Translations under genes and position numbers: made by a program
Part shown: positions 26,882 through 40,820 of the stretch, in pieces
Position numbering within the stretch: the first letter of the stretch is position 1
Layout of the letters: each line of letters starts with the position of its first letter
The notes under the pieces: generated by a model
Databases searched by the model: none
The model's input: only the letters and a program-made list of their open reading frames with translations
What the model was told of the DNA's origin: nothing
Assembly: GCA_951406725.2 (NCBI GenBank)
Contig: OX597826.1
Coordinates: forward strand, 53,196,001-53,260,000
DNA length: 64,000 bases
From: Octopus vulgaris
Lineage: Eukaryota
Direction: 5' to 3'

Positions 26882-27272
26882 ATATTGTTATATTTCGGAA
26901 TGGTCATTTTGCCAGTTTAGCCAATAAAAACACACGCACTATATATTTGGTGTTATTTTGCTTCAGTGTTATTTATTTTTTACATTAATCTTAATCTTAT
27001 TTCGGCCAGAGTTCTTTCGTCACACTCCTGTGACCGCATACAATAGAAATACAAAATGGCTGACGGTTAGTAAGGCGAGACACAAATAAGAAAGAAGAAA
27101 ACAAAGGACCACCGATGCGGTAACAGGGGTGTGACGAAAGAACTCTGGCCGAAATAAGATTAAGATTAATGTAAAAAATAAATAACACTGAAGCAAAATA
27201 ACACCAAATATATAGTGCGGGTGTTTTTATTGGCTAAACTGGCAAAATGACCATTCCGAAATATTACAATAT
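26882..27272. mobile_element. Foldback MITE with ~158 bp near-perfect inverted arms
   Basis: 26882-27039 is the reverse complement of 27115-27272 with few mismatches; spacer ~75 bp. Confidence 0.85.
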
Positions 27273-27339
27273 TCAACTTTGTTTAGAAAAAAAAAAACGA
27301 GCCAAGATTTTACCGCCAATATAAAGAAGGAAAGCACCA

Positions 27340-27590
27340 TACGTGTTTTGCCGAACCGCGACGTTACGGCGACATAAACACACTAACACCGGTTGTCTAG
27401 CGATGAAGACACACACACACATATATACGACAGGCTTCATTCGGTTTCCGTCTACCAAATCTACTTACAAAGCTTTAGCCGGCCCAAGGCTATAGTAGAA
27501 GACACTTACCCAAGGTGCCACGCAGTGGGACTGAACCTGAACCTGGAACCATGTGATTGGAAAGCAAGCTTCTTACCACCCAGCCACTCA

Positions 27591-27632
<42 letters not shown>

Positions 27633-27649
27633 AACACCCACACACATCA

Positions 27650-27702
<53 letters not shown>

Positions 27703-27857
27703 GACGGGCTTCTTTCAGTTTTCGTCTACCAATTCCCCTCACAAGGCTTTGGTCGGCCCGCGGCTATAGTAGAAGACACTTGTCCAAGATGCCACGCAGT
27801 GGGACTGAAGTCGGAACCATGTGCTTGGTAAGCAAGCTACTTACCACACAGCCACTG
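27340..27857 (-). mobile_element. Two partial family A SINEs in tandem
   Basis: 27340-27590 (diverged) and 27700-27857. Confidence 0.8.
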
Positions 27858-27890
27858 CTATATATATATAATATATTGAAATTATTAAGT

Positions 27891-27925
<35 letters not shown>

Positions 27926-27977
27926 AAATTATTAAGTGGTGTATATATATGTTGTTTTTTTGTTTCCCGTTTGGATT

Positions 27978-28019
<42 letters not shown>

Positions 28020-28463
28020 TTAGTAATTCCAATGGAGGCAATACAAGCGGAAACTAGAGGAACATAGTTAATAGCTCACTTGGACCACTACATCTCTAGA
28101 CCGTATTTTATTTGCGAGTATTGTTAACACTAGCAAACTCAAAATAAAGCAGTGTATATTCTATATATATAAATATAGCATTTATGCATGTACTTTACAG
28201 GTTCTCGGACACAGGTTTCACATAAATATATTCAATTTTCCATTGTTCCATACGCTATGGAACTTTTCATAATGGTGTTGATGATGATGATGATGACGAT
28301 GACGATGATAAAATCAAAATATGCTCAAGCTTACGAAAGTTAATAGTAACACCAACAATAGCTTTATCAAAAAACCCATAGTAAGATATAAAAATAAAAG
28401 ATAATATAAAACCAACACCAATACCACCACCCATCACCACCACCTCCATCATTTTCATCATCG

Positions 28464-28495
<32 letters not shown>

Positions 28496-28592
28496 ACATA
28501 AACTGAAAACCACATTAAGTGCGTACACATGTATATAGGCAAATATATATATATATATATATATATACATACATACATACATATATATATAC

Positions 28593-28641
<49 letters not shown>

Positions 28642-28745
28642 TATATACATATATATATATATACATATATATATATACATACATATATATACATATATAT
28701 ACATACATATATATATATACATATATATACACACACACACAGACA

Positions 28746-28795
<50 letters not shown>

Positions 28796-28800
28796 CCCAT

Positions 28801-28865
<65 letters not shown>

Positions 28866-29614
28866 CATGACACACGTATATAACGTTCTATGCACCCATA
28901 TCTACTTTTCAAATAAAGCGAATTACGTTAAAATTTCTGCTTAATGGAATTGATTATATTGTGTGTATGTGTGTGTGTGCGCGCGCGCCGTCTATCTGTG
29001 TGTATGAATGAGTGAATCACCGCATTGCTGTCTGTTATCTGTTTTGGGAAGTTGTGGACGAACGCTTACGCATACGTGCGTGCGTAGGTAAGCGTATGTA
29101 CTGTGTGCCTTTACACAAATCTGTAGTGAATACGGGTTTATTTTTTCCCTCCCCCGCCACAATTTTCACTTTACACACGTGTTTATAAATACCACATATA
29201 CGTCCGATGTGTGTGTGTGTATACATATGATTAACGTTTGGTGCTTTATACGTTTGTGTATGTATGATGTTGACATAGTATGTGTCTACGAATTTTATCT
29301 GGAATATAAGACGCATATATATACATATACAAAATATATATATATATATATAACCAATGAGTGCTGCTACAGTCAGACGAGAATGTCAACAATAATCAGT
29401 TGTGAAAGCGACTGACCAAACATAGCACTCGCGCAGCTTCATGGCTGCCTCTTGGAATTAGTTTTAGCAGACGTCACAGTGAAGCTGGACAATTTTTGTG
29501 AGTTTGATGGAATTCTTCTTACCTTTCTAGCTTTATTATGAAATATTTCTGCTTGTGTGTCTATCTATCTGTCTGTCTGTCTGTCTGTCTGTTTCCTCCT
29601 CTCTCTCTCTCTCA

Positions 29615-29649
<35 letters not shown>

Positions 29650-29656
<7 letters not shown>

Positions 29657-30106
29657 TATATAGAAGGAGCTCTACAGGACTAGTACTGTTTCATTCAAGA
29701 AAATCTTCAGGAAGCTATTTAACAAGAATTGTATTAGCATTTATACATTTAGAGGAGTGGTGGTGGGGGACTTTTGGGGGTAGGCATAGCGCAAAATATC
29801 ATACTTGAGTGGTCAAGGTAATAAAAAATAAAATAAAAAAATAAAAAAATAAAAAATAAAAAAATAAAAGGATAAAATAAAAGAATAAAAATAAAAAATA
29901 TAAAAAATATAAAAAATATAAAAAATATAAAAATATATATAAAAATATATAAAAAAAATATATATATAAAATATATATATAAAATATATATATAAAAGGG
30001 GGATAGAGTTATAGGTAAATAAGGAGATTCTCACTTATACCTATACACACATGTATACGTATCTACACACACATACGCACATACATATATCTACACACAT
30101 ATATAT

Positions 30107-30148
<42 letters not shown>

Positions 30149-30591
30149 CACACAACACACATACATACATACAAATATACATATACATATATATATATAC
30201 AATCCAATACAGGCCCATTCCCTAATTTTAATTTTATTATCTTCATTTATTACTTTTGTTATCTTTGATCTAGGGCTAAGAATCCTGGCAATAGCTGCTT
30301 GTCCGTTTGTCTATCTACTAGAAGGCAAGTACTCATTCCCCGCACACTCATTGCGTACATTCACCCATTCGTACACTCATACACATACACGTACGCACGC
30401 GTTATATTCATACATACAAACATCTACATACGTTCACGTATATACACATACGTACTCTCCTACAGATTCGTGTCTACACTTTAGGAGGCTAGTCTATACA
30501 TATACACCAATAAATATACATATATATATATATATATATATACCATATACATACACACACACACATATATACTCCTACATACAGATACATA

Positions 30592-30647
<56 letters not shown>

Positions 30648-31144
30648 CATACACATACCTACACATACACACATACACATACACACACATACATACACAT
30701 ATATATACATACACAAACATATATACACACACATATATATACATACACACATACACACATACATACGTATACATACATACATACATCTATACATCCATAC
30801 TTACATGCATTTATACGCATACACACACCCATCTATATATATGTATATATATATGTATATATATATACACACTCACACATACATATACAAATCTACGCAC
30901 ACACATACATACATACACGTATACCATACACGCACATACACATATACATGCGTACCCATACACGTGCACACACGCACGCGCATCCATATAAATACACACA
31001 CACACATATATATATACACGTGTGCAAGCATACATACATACTCATACGCGCACACATACTTACAAATACATATATGCACACACTTACACACATATATATA
31101 CATACACATATACATGCATACATACATATATGCATACATACACA

Positions 31145-31197
<53 letters not shown>

Positions 31198-31677
31198 TAT
31201 ACATACATAGACATACATACACATACATACACATACACATACGTATGTCTATGTATGTATATGTGTGTGTTTTTTTTTTTTTTTTTTTTGTGCGTGTGTT
31301 ATGTATCTATGTATATGATGTATATGTGTATGTATATATTGTGTGTGTGTGTCATATATGTATTTGTAAGTATGTGTGCCGTATGTATGTATGTTTGCAC
31401 ACGTGTATGTGTGTGTGTATTTATATGGATGCGCGTGGTGTGGTATGCATGTATGTGTATGTCGTTATGCTATACTGTATGTATTATGTGTCTAGTTTGT
31501 ATGTGTGGTGTATATATACATATATATATAATATATAGATGGGTGTGTGTATGTAAATATGTAAATGGATATAGATGTATGTATGTATGTATATTATGTG
31601 TGTTGTGTGTTTTTGTGTGTTATGTGTGTTGTTATGTGTATGTGTGTGTGTTGTGTGTGTGTATGTTGTATGTGTTT

Positions 31678-31724
<47 letters not shown>

Positions 31725-32097
31725 GTATGTAGGAATATATGTGTGTGTGTGTATGTATATGGTATATATATATATATATATGTATATTTATTGTGTATTA
31801 GACTAGCCTCCTAAAGTGTAGACACAATCTGAGTACAGTACTATGTTATATACGGACGTATTAGATGTTGTATGTAGATATACATGGTGTGTTGTGTATG
31901 ATGTACGATGGTGATTACGTCAATGAGTGTGCATGTACTTCTTCTAGTAGATAGACAAACGGACAAGCAGCTTGCCAGGATTCTAGCCCTACGTCAAAGA
32001 TAACAAAGTAATAAATGAATAATAAAATTAAAATTAGTGCCTGTATGGTGTATATATATATATGTATATTATATTTGTATGTATGTATGTGTGTATT

Positions 32098-32149
<52 letters not shown>

Positions 32150-32537
32150 GTGTATATATGTGTATGTTGTGTGTGTAGATACTATACATGTGTATAGTAT
32201 AAGTGAGTCTCCTTATTACTATCTCTATCCCTTTTTTATATATATATTTATATATATTTTATATATATATTTTTTTTTTATATATATTTTTATATATATT
32301 TTTATATTTTATATTTTTTATATTTTTATATTTTTATTTTATTCTTTATTTATCCTTTTATTTTATTTTTATTTTATTTTATTTTATTTTTTATTACTTG
32401 ACCTCCCAAGTATGTATGCCTTGCCTCAAAAGTCCCACCACCTCCTCTAAATTATAAATGCTAATACAATTCTTGTTAAATACTTCTGAAATTCTCTTGA
32501 ATGACATACTAGTCCTAACTCCTTCATATAATAAATT
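29650..32537. repeat. ~2.9 kb degenerate palindrome centred near 31242
   Basis: Unique islands 29655-29820, 30000-30050 and 30220-30490 recur in reverse complement at 32395-32537, 32185-32235 and 31800-32045. Confidence 0.85.
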
Positions 32538-32589
32538 AATTTCTCTGCTTATTGAGTACCTTACTTACGTGTTAACTATCGTTATAAAA

Positions 32590-33215
<626 letters not shown>

Positions 33216-33619
33216 CTCACTCCTTATCTTTCTTTCTTTCTTTCTTTCCCCTTTCTCTCTCTTTACCAGACCCACACTCTCTGTTTTTATCTACGCGTGC
33301 GAATGAGAGTGTATGCATGTTCGTACGAGTTTATGGTGTATGTATGTGGTCATATATGTATATATATACATATATATATGCATGTGTGTGAGTGCAGGTA
33401 TGTGTGTGATGTATGTATTATGTATGTATACATATGCATGCATATATGTGCGTATGTACTTATGCATTTGGGCATGTTTATATTTATGCATGTATGTGAG
33501 TATATGACGTACATGTATATATGTATGCGTGTTATTTGTGCATGTATATATTGGTACATATATACATATATACGTATGTGTGTATGTATGTATGTGTGTG
33601 TATGTATATACGTAATTAC

Positions 33620-33654
<35 letters not shown>

Positions 33655-34106
33655 TGTATGTATGTATGTATTTATGTATGTATGCATGTAGGTTCGATTC
33701 CTCTGCGCGATATCTTGAGCAAAATCTCTTTCAACATAACTATAACCTCGTACCAGCTCATGCTCGTGAGTGAAACGAGGTAGGCTGAAACTGTACTGAA
33801 ACCCGTCAGATGGATTGGCTCGTAATTAAAAATTCCAGGCTTGTTACACTCTGTGGCATGCTAATTCTGCTTAAGAGTTACATTAACTGTGTACGTTGCT
33901 GATGAATACACCTAAACATTAATCCAACGAACAGGTAATTCAGTTGATTGAACAACTAAAGTACTCGTCGACGAAATCGACGGAGATTCATCATGTATAT
34001 AACATTATGTGGCCGATGGGAGTATGGCTGTCCGGTTAAGTACATGAGTTTGGGTAAGTGTGTACACTGTGGGAGATGTGTTTTACAGAGGAGCCGTGAT
34101 GGGGTA

Positions 34107-34226
34107 GGCGCAGGAGTGACTTTGTGGTAAATAGCTTGCTTACTAACCACATGGTTCCGAGTTCAGTCCCCCTGCGTGGCACCTTCTACTATAGCCTCGG
34201 GCCGACCAAAGCCCGTCGTATGTATG

Positions 34227-34263
<37 letters not shown>

Positions 34264-34468
34264 TTGTGTGTTTATGTTTGTCCCCCCCCCCCCAACATCG
34301 CTTGACAATCGATGCTGGTGTGTTTACGTCCCCGTAACTTAGCGCTTCGGCAAAAGAGACCGATAGGATAAGTACTAGGCTTCCAAAAAATAAGTACTGG
34401 GATCGATTTGCTCGACTAAAGGCGGTGCTCCAGCATGGCCACAGTCAAATGACTGAAACAAGTAAAAG
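34107..34468 (+). mobile_element. SINE family A
   Basis: Copy with two internal deletions. Confidence 0.9.
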
Positions 34469-34809
34469 GGTGTTGGCAGACGAACTGAAACGGTGGAGCC
34501 ACATATTTGGCCTGAATGCCGTTATAAATGCACTGGAGATTTTCGTAGAAAAGGCCTCACGGCGACGACCGCCACCAAACAGGATCCGGTTTTGCTTTAT
34601 CGTTTATCTTTCACTTTTGTCATTAGATTACGGTCATGCTGAGGCACCTCCTTGAAGAATAATTAATCAAATGAATTGACTCCAGTACTTACGTTTTTAA
34701 AAGCCTGGTACTTATGCTATCGGTCGAACCACTAATTTACGGGGATATAAACACACTGACACCGTTTGTCAAGCGGTGGTGGGGGACAAGCACAGACAAA
34801 CACAAACAC

Positions 34810-34858
<49 letters not shown>

Positions 34859-34934
34859 CATATACGCGACAGGCTTCTTTCCGTCAACCAAATCCACTCA
34901 GAAGGTTTTGGTCGGCACGAAGCTATATTAGAAG

Positions 34935-35006
34935 CGGACATATGACGTAGTGGTTAAGAGCGCAGGCTACTAACCCCAAGATTCCGAATTCGATTCCAGG
35001 CAGTGA

Positions 35007-35058
<52 letters not shown>

Positions 35059-35223
35059 TAATAATAACAACAACATCGAAAAATACCTCAGGAATGAGAA
35101 CCCAGTTTTGAAATTTCCCCAAGACACCTGATGAAGGCTGGAGGGTATATCAGCCGAAACGTTGTGTTAACAACAAACAAGATGTGGACAAATATCCGTC
35201 AATTGTAAATAATGTAAATAATG
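34935..35223 (+). mobile_element. tRNA-headed SINE carrying a hammerhead ribozyme, nested in a family-A-like SINE
   Basis: A-box-like TGACGTAGTGG and B-box-like GAATTCGATTCC, then (AAT)n, an HHR at 35123-35168 and a (TGTAAATAA)n tail. TSD TAGAAG at 34929-34934 and 35224-35229 splits the host motif gctata.tagaagacacttg. Confidence 0.8.
35123..35168 (+). ncRNA. Minimal type I hammerhead ribozyme (Penelope-type), canonical core
   Basis: GACAC-CUGAUGA-A-GGCUG-(10 nt)-CAGCC-GAAAC-GUU-GUGUU. Stem I is GACAC/GUGUU, stem II is GGCUG/CAGCC, and palindromic ACGU replaces stem III. Confidence 0.8.
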
Positions 35224-35984
35224 TAGAAGACACTTGTCTAAGCAAGCTTTTTACCACACAGTCACGCCTGCGCCTATATGTATAGGGTATTATAAAAACG
35301 TACATGTAATACAATAGCAGAGGTCAGCAGAAGTGCAATTAAAGTTCTGAGTGACTTGGTACTAGGATTTCAGGTTTCGAACCGGTTATGACTTTGTTGA
35401 AATGAAAAGGCAGGTGTATCATCTGAAAGTAGCCGATTGGATATGGATATGGATTTGACGGAATGGCAGAGAGGTTAGGGTTAGGGTTAGGGTTTTGAAG
35501 ATTTTGTGGAGTAACTTTGATTTCATTTCTAATGGCCAGAGGTGGTGAAGTATGGTTATAGGGTTACGGAGTAGAAAGTAAAACTGTCGTGCAAACTACG
35601 ATGAATAAACTGTCGTCTAAATTACGCAAAAAGGAAGATAACACTGACATATAGCTATGTTAAGCTATACGCAAACAAAGTAGTGGAGACGAGAATACAT
35701 TTATCAAATGATTATTACTTTACGTACATCAGGGCTTAAATCGTCAATTATTTCTGTTTCGTTGACTCAGATTCGCTTCACGCTCGCTGTTGACATCCTT
35801 CTGTTCTACTTCTGCTTCCGGAAGTCCTTTTGTTTTCCTGCTGACCAACTTCCTAGCTAGCCCTGCGAAGTTTCTGTCTACAGTTCGTCTGTCACGAATC
35901 TTACCCTACATACATCTCATTCTAACAGATATATTTACCAAAATTACGTAAAAATATCTTGAAATACTAAAGAATAAATTTATT

Positions 35985-36267
35985 CAATAAATCGCCACTG
36001 GCTTCAACTACGGCCTCTAGATGACTTCGGAATCTCCTGCAGCTCTTCTGGACGGTCTCCTTGTTTAAGCTGGTGAATGTTGCCATAATCCTTGCCTTCT
36101 GTTCACCTTTCGTATTCATCATTCTACAAGGAGTTCTGTTGGTCTCTCGCTAAACTGCGCTCCACACATAACAATCAAATGGGGAATTGCAGTCTGGGGA
36201 ATTAGGTGGCCAGATGTTAGGGGTGATGTGGTTGCAGAAATTGTTGGCCAACCATCACTGGGTTCTG
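35985..36267 (-). pseudogene. Tc1/mariner (likely maT/DD37D-like) transposase C-terminal remnant
   Basis: Minus translation RTQ*WLANNF..IWPPNSPDCNSPFDCYVWSAV*R..TVQKSCRRFRSHLEAVVEASG contains the WPxxSPDLNPxDY motif, with stops. Confidence 0.8.
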
Positions 36268-36880
36268 CACACACATACACACACACACATATCTAAACTT
36301 ACATAAAATATGCACATACATATACACAACACACACATATATACGCATACACACGTACATGTGTGTGTGAGTGTATGCGTGTGCGTATGTATTATTGAGA
36401 GATTTAAACAAAATCTCTTTGCTAATAGAAAAAATATAAACGTATGCATGTTTTGATTTTCTATTATTAAAAAGAACAACAGAAGCTCTACCATTTCAAA
36501 AAAGAATAGCAGAATAAATTAGAACCCTTCTACAGCTCGTCGCGAAGATTTATTCATTTGTTCCTATCTCAGTGAAATTAAGAGCTTACAGATTTAATAA
36601 CTCTGTTAATTTTTCTGATATTTTAGCAAAATGTCTAATTGTGATATGATTGAAGATCATTCAGCTCTTATCGGATCGTCAACTTCCGAAGTCGATTTTT
36701 TAAATTTTGCATTTCATTCGAGTGATTTTCAAGAATTTCTTTTCGCAGAAAAGAGAACTAGATGCTTCAAAAGCTGCAACAATCAGTACTTCAATTTCCT
36801 CATTAACCATTAAAATCCAATCAATGCTGAGAATTTGATTTTGATTTCGGTATACCTACACAAGTCTGTCCTTCCACACT

Positions 36881-37213
36881 GACTTCGTTTCCTCATAACT
36901 TTCAGAATATGGATATTTTTCAATGAAATTTTCTACAAATACCTTTCGGATAGTGTAGATTCTGATTACTTTATAATTTAGTGTAAAAAAAAAATAGTTG
37001 GCTCTAACACATACATACTGACAGACAAAACAATTGTTTCAAAATTTCAAATTTCATTTTGTAGATATATATGAGAGATGCACCCGTGTGTATATGTAAG
37101 CGCCTTCCAATTTGCTTTATCACATTAAATTCTAAAATATTCACAATCTATACTATCTGAAAGGTTTCATCAAGAAATATCCATTTTTCTGAAAGTTATG
37201 AGGAAACAAAATC
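36881..37213. repeat. Diverged ~100 bp inverted repeat (old DNA transposon)
   Basis: tttcctcataactttcagaa..ggatattt..acctttcggatagtgtagatt (36881-36985) pairs with its reverse complement at 37121-37213. Confidence 0.6.
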
Positions 37214-38134
37214 AGAAAGTATATTTGCGCAGGTTTGTCTGCACTTGATTTACGCATTAAATCGTAAATGATTCTTTGTCTGATTCGGATTATACAATGT
37301 GTCTGTAACTGCATCAAATAGGATTAACAAACAGCGTATTGTTTCCAGTGATCTATTATCTCCTATAGGAAAGTGCTTGTCGATATTAAATGAAAAAGCC
37401 AAAAAGAGAAACATCGATGATTTATTACATTGTCTATATTGTTTTCAAAATCCGACCTCATCGAAGCTGTTTCGTGTAAGGAAACCAAGAGAAGTTTCTA
37501 TTTTAGACATTTTCTTCCCAAACCGTTACAGAACCTGAAAACATTGAAGCTCGAAGATATACCAATAATAAAATTAATAATGGTTTCACATTTTGGCAGA
37601 GGCCAGCAATTTCAGATAAGGGGCTAACTCGATTAGATCGACTCCAGTGCTCAACTAATATTTATTTTTTCGACTTTGAGAGAATGAGAGGCAAAGTCGA
37701 CCTCGGTGGAATTTGAACTCAAAACGTAAAAACGGACGAAATGCTCCTAAGAATTTCGCACGGTTCCCAACGATTCTGTCAGCTTGCTGTCTTAACCAAT
37801 AATAATAATCCTTTCTACCTTAGATACAAGGTCTGAAATTTTGGGGGAGGAGGCTAGTCGATTACATGGGACACAGTGCATAACTGGTACTTATTTCATA
37901 GTAGACAGAAACTGTGGAAACCTGCCGTGTGCCTGTGTGTATACATATATATATATACACACACACACATTATCTTTATACGAGAATATTGTTAACACTG
38001 ACTTCAAAGTTTCGACCAACGAAGCCATCGTCAAACTGCTCGGCAGTACGACGGTCTATAGAGTAACCCATCACATCAATGTAAAATTGTTTTTATTATA
38101 ACTGAATATAAAAAGAAACATTAATGTATGTATG

Positions 38135-38191
<57 letters not shown>

Positions 38192-38203
38192 TTATATGTA
38201 TTC

Positions 38204-38247
<44 letters not shown>

Positions 38248-38262
38248 TTATATGTATTCATG

Positions 38263-38296
<34 letters not shown>

Positions 38297-38318
38297 TATA
38301 CATTTATATGTATTCATG

Positions 38319-38365
<47 letters not shown>

Positions 38366-38381
38366 TCATTTATATGTATTC

Positions 38382-38418
<37 letters not shown>

Positions 38419-38420
38419 TA

Positions 38421-38700
38421 TCTTACATATATACCGTTCTGCCTAAAAAATGGATCTACAAATTCAATATCCCTACATATCTCACATCTATTTTCTTTCC
38501 TCCATCTCACTCTCTATTTTGTATCCTATCTAAATTAATTATTACTTAACCATCCTCTTACAGCCTCTCCGATGAAGGGATATAATAAATAAATATCCTG
38601 GAAACAGCTGTAAGACCTTCTATCTATAAATGTTCTAATATCTACACAGCCTTGGTTTTTTATCTCATTACGCAAAAAATTCTTGTAAACGATAAAAGAT
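38421..38700 (+). mobile_element. Penelope-like terminal region with HHR variant (core CCGAUGA, 38565-38616)
   Basis: UCU-CCGAUGA-A-GGGAUAU..AUAUCCU-G-GAAAC-AGCU-GUA-AGA. The upstream ~150 bp is homologous to 41960-42095 (minus strand). Starts at a (TA)n tract. Confidence 0.6.
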
Positions 38701-39614
38701 AACAATCGATATTTAAAGTTTGGCAATATTTTTTTTTTTTTTTTGCACACCGGGTATTTCGTCTGTCTTTACGTTCTGAGTTCAAATTCCGCCGTGGTCG
38801 ACTTTGCCTGTCATCATTTCGGGATCGATAACATAAGTATCACTTGAGTACTGGGGTCGATGTAATCGACTGGCCCCGCCTCTCCCCCAAAATTTCGGGC
38901 CTTGTGCCTAGAATAGAAAAGAATATCTTATTATTTGATCACAGTTGTATTCCTTTCTCTCTTTTTTTTTTTATTCTAAAAATCTTCAGAAAGCAGAAAT
39001 GGTTTAACATTGCTTCCAGTGGAATTGTCAAAACATTAAGCAGTTAGATGCTTAGAGTTTACAAGAGCAAGAAATACAAACGTCACCTTTAATTACTTTG
39101 TTGACAGTCTTTCCACCTATACAGGAAATATTTACAATGCTGAATTTTAATAACATCTTCAACTGATATCAGGATATAATTTAGCAGAGGGAGAGGAGGA
39201 GAAACAGATAGTTAGAGAGAAAGGGGGTGATGCGAAAAAAGAGGAGAGAGAAAAAAAAACTTCTTCCCAAACACAAAACCCCGTTCCATACAATGAATGC
39301 TGCAAAACACCTATGTCAACATTCCTTTCAAAATAAATGCAAAAGAAGAACATTCTCTATTTACATATTTTATCTATTTACATTTCTACATATAATCATT
39401 GATGCTCTAGGGTTTTTCTTAGTACAGGTGGTCCCTTCAAGATTCCCCCCACCCCGTTAGACGTCGTTCTTCTCAAGCTTTATTAAGGTCTTTCATATTT
39501 ACGTAGGTATCCGGTTTTTGTTTTTCCCACGCTCTTTTTTTTTACCGATATTTACACATCCACATATATTCTCAAATTTATATATACCTCCTCCACCTCC
39601 ACACGCTTATATAT

Positions 39615-40031
39615 GTTTCTTTATTACCCACAAGGGGCTAAACACAGAGGGGACAAACAAGGACAGACAAAGGGTTTAAGTCGATAACATCGACCTCCAG
39701 TGCGAAACTGTTACTTTATTTATCGACCCCGAAAGGATGAAAGGCAAAATCGACCTCGGCAGAATTTGAACTCAGAACGTAACGACAGACGAAATACCTA
39801 TTTCTTTATTACCCACAAGGGGCTAAACACAGAGGGGACAAACAAGGACAGACAAAGGGTTTAAGTCGATTACATCAACCCCCAGTGCGAAACTGGCACT
39901 TTATTTATCGACCCCGAAAGGATGAAAGGCAAAGTCGACCTCGTCGGAATTTGAACTCACAACGTAACGACAGACGAAATACCGCTGAGCATTTCGCCTG
40001 GCGCGCTAACGTGTCAGCCAGCTCGTCGCCT
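39615..40031 (-). mobile_element. SINE family B, dimeric
   Basis: Two ~180 bp bodies joined at the same GAAATACC-TATTTCTTT junction as 1967-2388. Confidence 0.9.
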
Positions 40032-40366
40032 TTGCCTGATCCCGGTGTTTATCTGTGTTTTTAAAGCCTGATACTTGTTCTTTTATGCTGAACTGCTAAG
40101 TCACAGGGACGCAAATAAACCGACACCGGTTGCCAAGTGGTGGCAAGAGATAAACGTGCGCGCGCACACACACTAATGACAGATTTCTTTCAGTTTCCGT
40201 CTACTAAATCCACTCACAAAGTTTCTGCTCAGCCCAGGGTTTTAGTAGAAGTGCCAAGGTGCCACGTAGTGGTACTGAACCCTGAATCATATGGCTGGGA
40301 AATAAACTTCGTACCACTTAGTCACGCCTGTGTATGTATATGTGTGTGTGTGTGTGTGTCTGTATG

Positions 40367-40400
<34 letters not shown>

Positions 40401-40450
40401 TGCATACACACATATATATATATATGCATACATACACATGTATATATATA

Positions 40451-40820
40451 CTAGCAGTATCGCCCGGCGTTGCTCAGGTTTGTAAGGGAAATAACTATAA
40501 AGCATTTTTAGAGAGTTATAGCAAAAAAATGGAAAAAAAATGATGGTAAATTTTTTTGAGAGTTAAAAAAGGTGGAGTTGCGTCCCCTAGACGGTCTGTG
40601 GTTTGGGTTTCTGATTCTGGACCCCATGTCGAATTTATCGATTTTTTTCAGAACTGGGGGAACTTTTCAAAATTTTCGCTGCGTTAGTTTTGAATTATGA
40701 CATTGGGCTATGTGTGTGTCAAGTTTCATCAGAATCGGTTGAAAGCCGTGGTCAGAGTGAGGGTAAGAGAAAACAGACACACAGAAAACGCACAGACAAA
40801 CTGCCGTTTATATAGAGAGA
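40451..40820 (-). mobile_element. Non-autonomous Helitron (370 bp)
   Basis: On the minus strand it starts A|TCTCTCTATATAAACGGCAG and ends with an imperfect hairpin CCTGAGCAACGCCGGG followed by CGATACTGCTAG|T. Inserted between A and T with no TSD. Confidence 0.85.

Larger units (their letters stand above)
34608..35274 (-). mobile_element. Older family A-like SINE, host of the HHR-SINE
   Basis: Diverged reverse copy split at 34934/35224. Similar old copies at 11490-11942, 40050-40330, 53875-54177, 56697-56900 and 60622-60890. Confidence 0.8.

Noticed and set aside
38150-38421. CRISPR-like repeat-spacer pattern
   Set aside because: Spacers are (TA)n, the context is eukaryotic, and there are no cas genes.
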